DNA of 64,000 nt, taken from positions 13,764,001 through 13,828,000 of the forward strand of contig CP075494.1 in assembly GCA_021613535.1 (NCBI GenBank). Reading direction: 5' to 3'. The notes under the pieces were generated by a model that did no database searches, was not told the DNA's origin, and saw only the letters and a program-made list of their open reading frames with translations. Shown in pieces: positions 11,914 to 26,237 of the stretch. The position numbers were made by a program, and so were the translations under genes. Source of the stretch: Adineta vaga. Its lineage: Eukaryota; Animalia; Rotifera. Every line of letters starts with the position of its first letter. Within the stretch, counting starts at the first letter, position 1.

Positions 11914-14878
11914 CCCCGGAATAGTAGGATTGACAAGTGGAAAAAACAACCGCTAAGAGAATGTTATCTGAAAAACTGAATGTAAATGAAAAAAGATAAT
12001 CAATAGTTTGTACACACACATAGTCATACACATTTTGATTATGTTCTTTGTCTTATCTAACACATCATAAGAAGAAAATAATTTGATCATTAGATCCACT
12101 GATGATGCAATCGAGCTGATTCATCAAAGGAAAAAGAAAAAATGATCTATCATTAGATTCATCTTGAATGTATGTCAAATATAAACAATTACATTTCGAA
12201 GATTTATGTTTCTACTAGTAATATCTAAAGTTTAGTATAATCGCATACATATGTTATATTATACGCAACAAATTATATGATCCTAATTTCATTGTTTCCA
12301 ATGGGAAAGATTTGAAATACCTACGCTAAATAGCTTTACACTGAAAAGGAGAAAGGACATGGGAATGGTATCTGTACAACTGTCGTTCTCATCGGTAAAT
12401 GCAAACAAGTAGTAAATATAATATGAGTGAGGTCTATCATTAGTCGAACTTAGATAAAGCATCCTTTCTTTTTTCTCTTGTCCAATAAAACAACAAGCCA
12501 ACTCGACGACCACACGGAAACAACTAAAAGAAAATACTAGATAACCGTCCGATAATGTTATTATTCTTTCTCTCTACCGTAATGGATTGAGTAATGAATG
12601 GTATATCCACTAACACAGCGACCGCAGACCGCTAGAGAAGTAACTTTTTCTTTCTCTCTCTCTCTCTTTATTGATATCTTTGTTCCTCACTAACATTAAC
12701 TTAACCAAAAAGAAATGATATAGTACAAATTATTGCGACTAGTACATTGATGAAGGATAAAAAGTTATCCTTTCGGTTGAATACACTAAAGATGATTTGC
12801 ACTATGTTTATGTACATATAGACATCGGAAAAGATTTTAGTGCTTTTTGTTTCTGTAAGTGCAAATCGTTCATCACCTTTGTCTCTTATCATTATGTCAG
12901 AACACACACACACACGCATAAAGATAACGATGGCCTCTTGATCCAATCACAAGGAAAAGATGCGATTGCATAAGTATTAGTTAACATCCAATATCAACAC
13001 TAACATTCGTCTTTCACATTTTCCTTCGAGATTCTTCTTAGTATTTTTTTTTCTTGCCAATACAAAGTACACATTTACTAATAATAAAACTATCAACACC
13101 TAATCAATTAAGATACATCGAACGTAATGAGTAAAGAACGATTCTAATCTTATTATTATACAAACAAGTATGAAATTAATTCTCTTACTGATTGATTGAA
13201 TTTTTCTAAGAAAAGAAACCACGAACAATATCTATTTGTTTTGACGTATGAAAGCTCGAAAACTCCAAGTATAGTATTCATAAAAGCATGATGAGAGTGA
13301 GAAATGCAAATACTAATCGTATAAAAAAGACGAAGAAGAAGAAGAAGAAAGAGAAAAGAAAGGTGAGGTTTTTTACGTCACTATTAATAGGCTCTTTTAA
13401 CCAAATAATGATTTTCATTGATGATGGTGACATTGGTTAGAATCACGAAAACAAAATTTGTCCCTCGGACTCAAGTATTCGTTTTTTTTCTTCTATGTAC
13501 TACTTATACAATAAAAACAGGTAATCTTTAATGCTTACATTAAATGTATATATTTATTTATTTATATATTTAAATACGATAATTCAATAAGAGAAGAATA
13601 AAAATATATTCTATTCAGATTTCAAGTTGAACAACTCGAATATATTGATGCGGATGAAATTCAATCATAGAAATTTGATCTGCACTGAATATGATGAAGA
13701 AAAAGACAAATTTCATCAATTAGATAGACATAACTTTGCTGTTAAATATCATCGATAACCTTAGTACTATTACTAAAATTTATTCAGTTGCACGATTGCC
13801 TAAATCTCAAGATATTCAGATATCCAGACTAGAAGAAAATAACAGTATAGTACATGTGTTCAGAACAGATCAATAGAAAAATGATTATCATTTGCTCTTG
13901 TCATTCGGTTATAAAACAAGAGCAATTAAAGGTAATAACTTTTCAAGTTTTTTTCTTGTTTAGAAGCATATGATGAATGTACGAAGAACATCGATCTACC
14001 ATATGGTTAGCTATTTCTGAATCTAAATAGAAGTTTTCATCATTAGTTTATTATTTCTCTCTAATATCTCATCAATCAGTGTCAAATAAGGGACAAATTC
14101 CTTCCCAGGTCCATGATAAGACAAAGAGCCTGCTGATTATGTTTATCATCGAAGTCAAAAAAGCAAGAGCTCATATCAATGATATTTCTGTCATCACGTC
14201 CAATGACATGAAAACAGCGGTTGTCTCAGATTACTCAACATTATCATACACTCTTATACAACAAACAAGAATCTTTATCTTTGAAATCTTATATATGAAC
14301 AAATAGATGGATTTATAAGGATTTCATCTACCTTTGATATGAATTGTTTGTTATGTCAAACAGAAAAACTTGAATAATGATCGTTGTCAATTGAATTATT
14401 TGATAATAGAAATCAATCTTTGAAACATGAATTCACTTTTTTTTTCTTCTTTATGGACAATTAGGAATAGTATTATAGTATCGAAAATGGCCTTATCGAT
14501 AGGTGAAAATAAGAACATTAAGCATAGTCATAATCTATTTTTTATTGAATACGATCAACTTACCTCTATTTCAGAATAAGAGATTTGTGGTTTGGAATGA
14601 AAGGTAATATTTTCATTGACATGTTTATGCAGTGAATCATTCGTTTTACTTTCAATACCACAATCATCAGTCACTTTATTTTTAGAAATAAGTTTGATAT
14701 GAATGATTTTCTTATACGTCTACTTTATTTTCAAAAACAGATGAAATTAAAGGTATCAATCCACTATGTATGAGAAAAGGTGATCGTAAACGAAAATGTT
14801 TTGTTTGTTAAACAATAAACCGAGTGATTAGAATATTTGAGATTTGGTTGCACTGGTAGGAAAGAAAGGTCAGTAGTT

Positions 14879-16581
14879 TTATGACGATTTCGTTTTGTTC
14901 TTTTTGGTATCTTCAGAATAGGTGAAAATACGAACATCATGATCAATACCTCGTTGAGTAATAAAGATTTTAAACATTCGTACGAATGATACGAGAACTG
15001 GTTCTTCATTAGTTCGAACAAGATCAGGAAATGCTTTTCGAAAATGAGCAGTTGCTTCTTCTAGAAAAAACAAAGCAACTACATAGATCAATATACTATC
15101 AAATCATACCGAGATGATAATGTGGAACTTTAGTGAAGAGATGATGAATCTGATGTGTACCAATCGAATGAATAACTGAATGAACATGACCATAATGACG
15201 ATCAACAGTTGATAATTGACCTTTTACATTATTCCATTCCGAATCAGCATACCAAGGAATGTCACTGGAAATTCGAAAACAAAAACAACTTCTTGAATTT
15301 GAAATGTAATAACTTACATTTCTGTATGATGTAACATAGTTATAATAACCATATAACACGCAAAAATAAACACCGGTATTAAATGATAAGCCAATAAACT
15401 GAGAAAACCAAAAGCACTGGCATAGAGATACATTAAATAGAACTGAAATCAAAGCATTTTATTTATAACAAAGAAAATCTTTTCTTCTCTTCATCAAAAT
15501 TTTACCATTCCTAAGTAAGCACCAAGCGAAAGACAAACGCCAGTTAAATGTTTATTATAAAACATTGGCTCTAACTAGAAGAAACAAGATCGGATTATTT
15601 GTTTTGAGATAAATCATCTTTATTTACTGGATTAAAATGATTGATTGATCTTGGTGTATAACCAAAGAATAAATAATGAAACCAACCGAAACCAGGAAAC
15701 CAAAATAAAATATCATCGGCTAATGATGGTTCATGTGGAATACCACGTTGTGGATAGAAAACTTCATCTTTATCGATATTGTTTGTATTTTTATGATGTT
15801 TATTGTGTGTTACCTAGAAAGAAAGAAAGAAAGAAAGAAAGAAAAAAGATCATATACAAATGTATACGACTATCTGTGAAACAAAAACAAAGCGTTAATA
15901 AATCATTTATGTCTATGGTTTTAGTGAATAAGAATTGTTTTAATTAGCATTAGATATAATGATTACTGACTAAACCTTTTGAAATTTCTATTCGTATTGT
16001 TGAACTATATAAAAATGTTCTTTTTTCTCCTTCCAAACCAACAGAATCTCTATGAAATATACCTTCCAGGTGTAATAAGGTGCTAATATCCATGTATGTA
16101 ATATTGTACCTAAAAATCAGATCAAATAATAAATTTCTATTCAAAATTTATTGGATGAACATACCCACAATATCGTTTAATAACGGATAGAAACTAAAAC
16201 TTCCATGACCACAATCATGTCCAAGTACAAAAAGTGATGTATAGAGAGTTCCTAGAAATCAATTGAGAAAAAAAGTATTCGAAATAAATTGGAATTCAAT
16301 AAAAACAAACCTTGTATGTACCAATAAATAGGAAAAAGTAGAAATCCATATTTCAATCTCGTCTGTATTTGATACATGACAAAAAATGTGAGAGCAACGT
16401 AGATAAGATCTTTGACAACATAGCTCATCGATTGACGAACAGTTGGACGAAAACAATGAGCTGGAACTTTGACTTTAATTTCAGATAATGTTGGTAATCG
16501 ATGTTGTGTTGGCAAAGATGTTGCATCTAATTGTTGATCATTATTACCACTCGTACATGTATTATGTCCACCTTTACCCAT
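14879..16581 (-). CDS. Methyl-end (omega-x, delta-12/omega-3 type) fatty-acid desaturase
   Basis: Starts MGKGG...[15 protein letters not shown]. Three His boxes: [16 protein letters not shown] and HQIHH. Also [22 protein letters not shown]. About 7 exons. Confidence 0.93.
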
Positions 16582-17027
16582 TTTTGTCTAAAAGAACTGA
16601 AATATAAAATAGAGATGAAAAGTTATTAAACTGAACGATCATTTCATAGAATGAATGTACTAAAAGAGATCCAGAAACAAAGGATATATATATAGGGTCA
16701 GACACGGATTAGAAATATCTGGAATCAACATAAATACATCGTTTGGAATCGCAGATGGCGGTAAAATTTCTTTATTGATTCTCCAAAGTGTAAATTTTTC
16801 AGAATTATTCTCCAATTACTTCGTTCAAATAAACATGAACTATTCAATTAAAGAATATTTTTCTTAAGAAATAGATGTCGCTTGGTTTCATCGATCGTTG
16901 AATGGTCTCCAGCGCACGAGATGTGGTACGTGAAATATTCCGAACAGTATTCCTTCCTGTACCGTAGAAATTGGTTACGCCCCAGTAGTAAATATTCAGT
17001 TTATTTTCTAACTCAATCGAAGGAAAT

Positions 17028-19748
17028 ATGTCACCAAATACCAAAGATTCATTGCCATGTAAATACACTACTTTCATTGGGAATAGTTTTTGAAAACAAT
17101 CGATTTTATTTCTTTAGCACGCGTTATTTCATCGGCTGATCGTACAGAATTATCGACTGTATTCAATCGTTATGCACATCATGAATATCATGGTGAACGT
17201 TATATGACACCACATGAATTCTTACAAGATTATTTGGGTTATTTAAAAGGCGATAATATCGATCCAACAACACTTGATATTCTCTCTGCATTAGTTGATT
17301 TAAACAAAGATCAAAGTATAATTAAATAAATTTCTTTAAAATTTTCAATATTAACCTTCTTCTTCTTTTTTTCCCAGAAATTACAATAACTGAATTTACT
17401 AATTTTGAATCATTATTATTAGCATCAGATTCATTATATCGTCTTGCTTTTCAATTATTCGATCGTCGTGGTCAAGGTTTTATTACATTTGATGATTTTC
17501 AATATATTATATCAGCAACGAAACAATTCAAAGAATTTCCATTCAATTTTGATTCAGAATTTATTTCAACACATTTTGGTGCTAAACGACAACAACAAAT
17601 TACATATAAAGAATTCACACAAATCTTACTTGGTATGACGATCAATTGAAACATTTTAACCAAAAAAAAAAGAAACGTTTTCTTTCTTTAGATTTTATTG
17701 ATGAACAAACGACTCAAACATTTCGAAAATTTGATACTGGAAATGTGGGATATATTTCTCTGAAAAATTTCGAGACTATTCTCAAAGAATTACGACAATA
17801 TCAATTATCGGAATTCATTTCGACACATTTAAATGATATTGTCAAATTATCTTCATCATCAAAAGCGACGAATCAAATTTCCTATTCATATTTTACCGCA
17901 TTTTTACAATTATTATCAAATACTGAATCGATGAGAAAGATTTATTTATCCATATGTGAAAAGAAAACTCATGGATATCGTCCAACATCAATAACTAAAG
18001 AAGAATTTCTCAATGAAGCTCAACATTTTCCTCGTACAACACCGTTACAGATTGATATTTTATTTGCAATAACACATTTATTGCATAAAGCACATCTCAC
18101 TCATGAATCGGATAGAGAATCTATACAATTAAATGATTTTGATTTAATATCAGCTCATGAACATTTATTACCATATCGATTACGTTCGGAAATAGTTGAT
18201 GAAAGTTATAAAGTTGAACATCAAAGTGTTTTCCTCAAAGTTCTTGAGAGTGGTTATCGTTTTGGACTTGGTAAAAGAAAAAACTCTCGTTGGAAAATTT
18301 TTAAAATTCAATACGAATTTATTTAGGTAGTATTGCTGGTGCTGTTGGTGCAACGGCAGTATATCCCATTGATCTTGGTAGGAATATTTTCTTCTGAATA
18401 AGATGATTTTTAATTTGATTTTAAAGTTAAAACTCGTATGCAAAATCAACGTAGTACAAGTATTGTCGGTGAACGTCTTTATCGAAATTCAATTGATTGT
18501 TTCAAGAAAGTTGTTCGATTTGAGGGTGTTTTTGGATTATATCGAGGTAAGAGATGCATAATAAGAAACGAACGGGTATGTTTCAATGAAAATATTTAGG
18601 ATTAATTCCTCAATTGGTTGGTGTGGCACCAGAAAAAGCTATTAAATTAACAGTCAATGATTTTATTCGCGATCGTTTAACATTAGTAGATGGAACGATT
18701 CCTCTATGGGCAGAAGTAGTTGCCGGTGCATGTGCTGGTGCCTCTCAGGTATGAAAAATTTATTTTTTGAAAAGATTGAGTTGATCTAACGGAAATTTCT
18801 TAGTACAGTTGCGGATAGAATATTGATAATTGATTAAATTTTTAATATCATCGATTTTCTTCTAGGTGACATTTACAAATCCTTTGGAAATTGTTAAAAT
18901 TCGTTTACAAGTAGCTGGAGAATTACAATCGGTTCGTCGTCCTGCAGCAACAGAAGTTGTTCGTGAACTTGGTCTTCGTGGTTTATATAAAGGTGCTCGT
19001 GCATGTTTTCTTCGAGATATTCCATTTTCAGCTATCTATTTTCCTGCGTATGCACATACAAAAAAACGTTTCGCTGATGAACATGGTTATAATGATCCGA
19101 AAAGTCTCTTTATATCTGGTCTACTTGCTGGCATACCTGCTGCTGGTCTTTGTACACCAGCTGATGTTGTTAAAACACGTTTACAAGTACAAGCACGAAA
19201 AGGACAAACGAAATATAATGGTTTAATTGACGCTTTCAAGAAAATCTATGTTGAAGAAGGATGGACAGCACTTTGGAAAGGTAAAACATGTTTAATTAAT
19301 TTTTCTCTTGCTTACATTTGATTAAATATAGGTGCGGGAGCACGTATGCTTCGTTCATCACCACAATTTGGTTTTACATTGCTGACCTATGAACTTCTCC
19401 AACGTGCATTAAATGTTGATTTTCAAGGTAGAAAATTAGAAGGATCAAAACATGTTGATCAAGACCAATATTCACCAAAAACACGTTCATCAATTATACT
19501 ATCACGTAATCCTGATCACGTTGGTGGATTTCATTTAGCTGAAGCAACCTTCGAAGGTAATTAAATTTGAATTCATTTCTTCTCTATTTCTTCTTCTTCT
19601 TTTTTTCCTAGGAATTGAAACTCGTTTTGGTCTAGCATTTCCTAAATACAAAACGTCTTCTTCTCCTTCAAATGAGCCATCTTCATCTATCCCATCGTTG
19701 ACTGCATTACTTGGTGTGCCTGTCCCTCAACTTACTACTCCAAAATAG
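17028..19748 (+). CDS. SLC25A12: Calcium-binding mitochondrial aspartate/glutamate carrier (aralar/citrin, SLC25A12/13)
   Basis: N-terminal EF-hand region ([37 protein letters not shown]). Carrier signatures [20 protein letters not shown] and [10 protein letters not shown]. Tail [24 protein letters not shown]. The start could instead be 16921, through an extra exon. Confidence 0.93.
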
Positions 19749-21757
19749 AATCTCATTTTCTACACAGTCAACTATTGCTTTTATTCAACGAACAACTCCG
19801 TTTTCGTTCTCAATCTAGATTAGATCGTATTTTTATTTTTCTTCTCAATTATCTCAAAATTTTTCAATATTCAAATTTCTTATACGCTTTAACGTATGAA
19901 GTATAATGAATAATATTTTTAATCCTCGATAATCATGAATCAAAAACGAAGAGAACAGTTGTAAATGCATTGTTTTCTTTGTGCACTAGTCGATCATTTA
20001 ATTGTATTTTCTTATTTAACCTTTCTCTCTCTCTCCCTCTTCTTCTTTAATACCATCACGAATTCTTATTTTAGATCATTTTTTTGTAAAGAAAAAGAAA
20101 TTAAAAATACTCCACATTCTGAATATCAAACATTGTTTTTCGAAAAATTACTGAAAAGATGAAAAGGACATATAACCTATATGCAATTTCTTCAAATAAT
20201 AATAAACGTTAAAGGTTAGATAGTAGTCAAACTATCTAGAACTTTTCAGCGAACCATATCAATCACCCATCTAGGTAATTTCAAGAGAGATGTACAAACC
20301 AGTTTTATGTGAATAAATTTTGAAATTTTTCTTTCCCTATTAAAACTTAAAACTCTATTATACAGATACCTAGTTTCTATACTATCATACATACGATTTT
20401 TACTTCAATAAGATCGTTTCGTTCTTGAAACATTAGTAAAAATCATGAAATCTGCGGAGAGAAGGAAACAGAGGAGTGCATTTGATTCCATTCTAACGTT
20501 TATTGTTTCTCCTAAAAAAACTGACCCTGCACTGCTTACATGTTATGACATATTGAAAAGTGCTCGGTGATTCTACAAGTTACGAAGAGAATATAAAAAA
20601 TCTTGGATTTAATCATGCTGAATGTATTCTATTTCACGGCTCAATTATTCAAAATAATTTCACTTGACAAACAACTAGCATAGTACTCTCTTCCATCATC
20701 GATAGTAAGAGTAATTTTAAACTATTTGAATATTAGCATTGTGTTGATCTCCACAATCAAATGTAAAGATTACGAAATGCATTGATGAATTTGAATGAGT
20801 AATGATGCAAATTACATTGCACTGCAATCATGCATTTATAACAAAATGTTAATATTAAAACTGTCTTTTTTTGTTACAATGAATAGTTCTCAGAAAATAG
20901 AAACTGTATACTACTGAGAAATTTGAATGAATAATTCAATTTCTGAGAGACTATATTTGGCGATAAATCTTATGAAATATGATTTCTTCAGCTCATCTAA
21001 AACAATAAACATGTCAAAAAATAATAACAAAGTATTGAATTTCATCAGAACCACATTTATAATGACTACGCGTGTAAAGAAAGATCAATTTAATGGAAAA
21101 AATAATACTATAATTCACAATTGCATAGTCATATTTGAAAGATGGTTTTACGAAGGAAGACAAGAGAGATTTTTTTTCTATTTACTCTACTGATTGAATT
21201 TGCTTCATTGTCGGAGACAAACTGATATTTCAAGAATCATATATTTCTATTGTAAATCTTTCATCGTGTGACGTCTATTAATATGGAAATACTTTATCAT
21301 TCTGTCGCAAAAATAGAGATTCTTAAGATCATAACAGTAGACTGGCATGATTATTCAATGATACTTCATAATCAGTCGGAGAGTATTTCGATAGTCTTAT
21401 CATTCAACGACTTGCTGTTATTTGCTTTTTTTTATAGAACGAGAAGTTTATCCAGGATCTATGGTCAGAATCAATTGAACGTATATAAAAGTCTATTTTT
21501 ACGCATAACCAAGGTTCAGATGTCATTAAAAAGGAGGCTAATCTATTCTAACAAGTCTTTCGAACAAACAAAATTAATATCTTGAAATGAATAATATTAT
21601 ATTTGTGAAGAACTTTAAACGTCTCGTATAATAATTCAATTATACTTGATTCAATATGTATTCTAGTCTTTGATGAAAGAATCAATGTGAGATTTTAACG
21701 CCATCTAGAAATTGATTGACTACGATATTATATTGACAATTACCTTTGACTGTTTAT

Positions 21758-21768
21758 GTTGCTAAGAC
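21758..21768. promoter_or_regulatory. RFX (X-box)-like site upstream of the ciliary TEX43-like gene
   Basis: GTTGCTAAGAC contains the RFX half-site GTTGCY and lies about 80 bp before the ATG. RFX factors regulate ciliary genes. Confidence 0.45.
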
Positions 21769-21849
21769 TGTTTAATTGAAATCGGTTCTCTTCTTTTTTT
21801 TTTGTTATTTGCTTGAAAATTTTTTTTCCTTTGCGTCAAACAAACAATA

Positions 21850-22317
21850 ATGGCAAACTTCAACAATAAACCATCTTCTACCCGGTAAATATATCCAAAA
21901 ACTTCTATTATTAAGTACTAAATTACTTCATTTCTATCGCAAAGAGTTACTAAATATTCAGCACCTCATTCTGTCGTACCATCACGATACATTGAACCAT
22001 GGCGTCGTGATATTGTCAATCGAGAAATAATCGTCAATGTAAGTTATAAAAATTTCTTATCCATTTCAATTTTTTTTTCTTTCCAATAGAATGCTCATCA
22101 CGGAAATATTCCTCATTATGAACATGATGATGCGTTGTATTTCAATAAACGTGAACAAATGAATTATAATGTTGAACCGCGTGAACGAGTTGATAAGAAA
22201 TATACTTTACCCTCTCGAGCTGAACAACTTGAACCACGTTTTTATGAAATTTATGATCGTCATCGTTCAGCATTACTCAGCCGTTATGATCCAGCAAAAC
22301 GATTTAAAAAAAATTGA
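21850..22317 (+). CDS. TEX43: TEX43/SPMIP10-like small axonemal microtubule inner protein
   Basis: Three exons give about 120 aa: ...KYSAPHSVVPSRYIEPWRRDIVNREIIVNNAHHGNIPHYEHDDALYFNKREQM...SALLSRY. This matches the TEX43 pattern as I recall it (MIPRRYVMPWK...EDSLFLNHSER...SPLSRY). Confidence 0.65.
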
Positions 22318-22354
22318 TTTTTCTATTGATTGAATAAAAGACATTCTAAATCCC

Positions 22355-22385
<31 letters not shown>

Positions 22386-22868
22386 GTTTTTATTCTTCTC
22401 AAAAAGAAGTCACACACAAGAAGGAAAAGAAGTAGAAGAAGAAAAAGAAAGAATCGCTGACAATGTGTTGTTTCTAATGAAAAATTCAAATGGACGCATA
22501 CATATTCATTATATATGACCGAAAGAGATATAAGTTCGAATGTATACGAACAGAAAGTTCTTCTCTAGTTGATGACAATAGAAAAACAAACAACTGACAA
22601 AGACAACGATCAAAAAGAATAGATAGATATAAATGATAATGATAGAAGGTGTATGAATATATATATTTATATGTATATGTATAGAAAGAGAAAACTAGAG
22701 CACAAATGATTGTTTCTAGAGACAATTGTGGTGTATATACAAAAGACCAATGTTGTCTATGCTGTTGAAGGATGATGCAACCGGTAGGGAAAAAGCGCGG
22801 GCTGAGAGAAGAAGAAGAAAAAAAACGTCATCAGAATGTCTAGACTCAATACGATTGTTGCACACGTT

Positions 22869-24262
<1,394 letters not shown>

Positions 24263-26129
24263 TGAGATAATAATAATAGGGTATAAGAAAAACGATTTTT
24301 ATATGAATAATATGTCGAGGATATCAGGTAAAAGGGGAAGAATGTCTTTTTTTTTTGTTTGATTCTTAAATATGTTTCATTTTGTCAGCAATCTATCGAT
24401 GAAGAAAACGTTGCTTTGATTTTTCTCTATCTAAAAAAACACAAACGACGACATAAATCTTCTAGATGAAATCATATGCTATTATTTCAACAAAGAATGT
24501 ACATTTGTTTCGCTGAGAATGAAATGAAAGACACACACACAAACTGTCTCGTATGTTGAAGACATTTCGCAAAAGGAGAAGAGAAAAAAAAGAAAAACGC
24601 TCGCATTGTCTTGTTTTTTTCTTTAGAAATGTTTTATTTCAAGTGATTAATGCATTTTGCTTGATTGTTAAGTAGACTTTATCAATAAGATCTTGTCTTT
24701 GATTCTCATTGGTTGTGAACAACCAATCAGATATTGAATATTTTTCTTTTCTAATTTCGTTCGTTCAGTTACCATAAATAGTAACAAATACTTGTCAGAT
24801 TTCGAAATAATTTCAAATGAAAATGATTGATCGACTTTCTAAATTTAAATTTGTTGTTCTTTTTTTCTTCTGATTCTGACATATAATGAATGTAGATTTT
24901 TTTTCATTCGAACAAAGATTAGTTAACATGCAATGTGTGCAACTATCTAATTAGGAAGTACTTTTTTGTGATTAAAGAATATTGAAGTGATGTTCACAGA
25001 GGAAATTGACAAACTTATTATTGGTAAGAACGTAGAGAAAAAAAAATCTCTAAACAAACAAATGAATACAGAAAAGAAACATTAGTATTTACGATACTTA
25101 TTTTAAATTCAATCGGCAAATGATTATCTGAATATTATCGTATAACGTGTTGATTTCATACAATTCGAGTAACTGTTAAGATATTTATATATTTAAATGA
25201 ATGTTTTGTTATATATCCGTCTGTTTTGGAATGGCTTCTACTCTTCAATTGATTCGAAGTTAATTTCCGTTTGGCATGATAGTCCCTCATATTATAATCA
25301 TCAAAAACAATATTCTATTAATTATTAATATGAATTAGTTGTTTTGACATTTTTAGCATTCATTGTTTTCAATGACTACTAAAGAACTCTTATGTATATC
25401 ATTTGCATTATAAAAATCTTGATGATGTGATAAAATTACAAGAACATATTAGAATAGCAATAAAGTCGACTTGTTCTGAAAAAAAGTGCAAAACAATATT
25501 ATATTAAAATTATCTAAAAAGAAGAAAGTCCCTTTTTTTCTGTTATCTTTTGATGATATCATGAACTGTAAACAGTCATTGACAGGATATGAAGCCGTGA
25601 TCATGAAGTTGCTTTTTCAGTAGTTGTATATTTAGTGATAATTATTTTCTATCCTTTTCTAACTGATAACGCTTCTTATCATTTCTAAAAAAGTCTTATC
25701 TATTAGTTTATCAACAAAAAAAAAAAGAAATTTTCTAAAGTATCAAGGTTAAAAAGTTATCATCTGAAAAGATAGACTTTACTCAATAGAGTCCAAAAAA
25801 CAATCGAAAGATTTCCTTGATCTTCTCGTCAAATGAAAATGTTAAATCAATTCATCTTTAGACATTTGAAGACCATATTAGAATGAAATGATTATAATAA
25901 ACGACTTATTTTAGACGAAGTCTAAAGGTCACTTCTTTTTTGAAGGTTTTCTTTTGCAAAATCTGAGCGAGCAACTGGTAAAAATGCTTATAGGAGAAGA
26001 TAATTTGTTAGTTCTTATCCTATATTGTTATGAGTTGAGATATTATTGAATCACCTTGACAGACAAGTAACATTTGACACATAATATTAGTTTATTTACG
26101 TATACCAGGTGGGCAGAAGAAGATAAAAG

Positions 26130-26133
<4 letters not shown>

Positions 26134-26170
<37 letters not shown>

Positions 26171-26181
26171 AAGAGAAGAGA
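26134..26181. repeat. (GA)n / (AGAGA)n purine microsatellite upstream of TBC1D25
   Basis: A GA dinucleotide run followed by agaga units is directly visible. Confidence 0.85.
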
Positions 26182-26237
26182 ATAAGAAACAAAAGATTCA
26201 TAATATTTTATACTTTGCTCATATCGGTCAGATAGAG

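Noticed and set aside
13455-14099. 11-bp inverted repeat AATTTGTCCCT...AGGGACAAATT as possible MITE ends
   Set aside because: Short, no target-site duplication seen, and the same word occurs by chance in tomosyn coding sequence.
14564-14719. Exon-like open stretch with a GTAAGT donor on the - strand, downstream of the desaturase
   Set aside because: No start codon, partner exon or recognisable motif could be established.
19750-21700. Several 60-105 aa ORFs in the aralar-TEX43 spacer, and similar ORFs at 12-14 kb, 43.6-44.3 kb and 52-52.8 kb
   Set aside because: Low-complexity F/I/K/L-rich translations typical of AT-rich UTR or intergenic DNA, with no motifs or splice structure.
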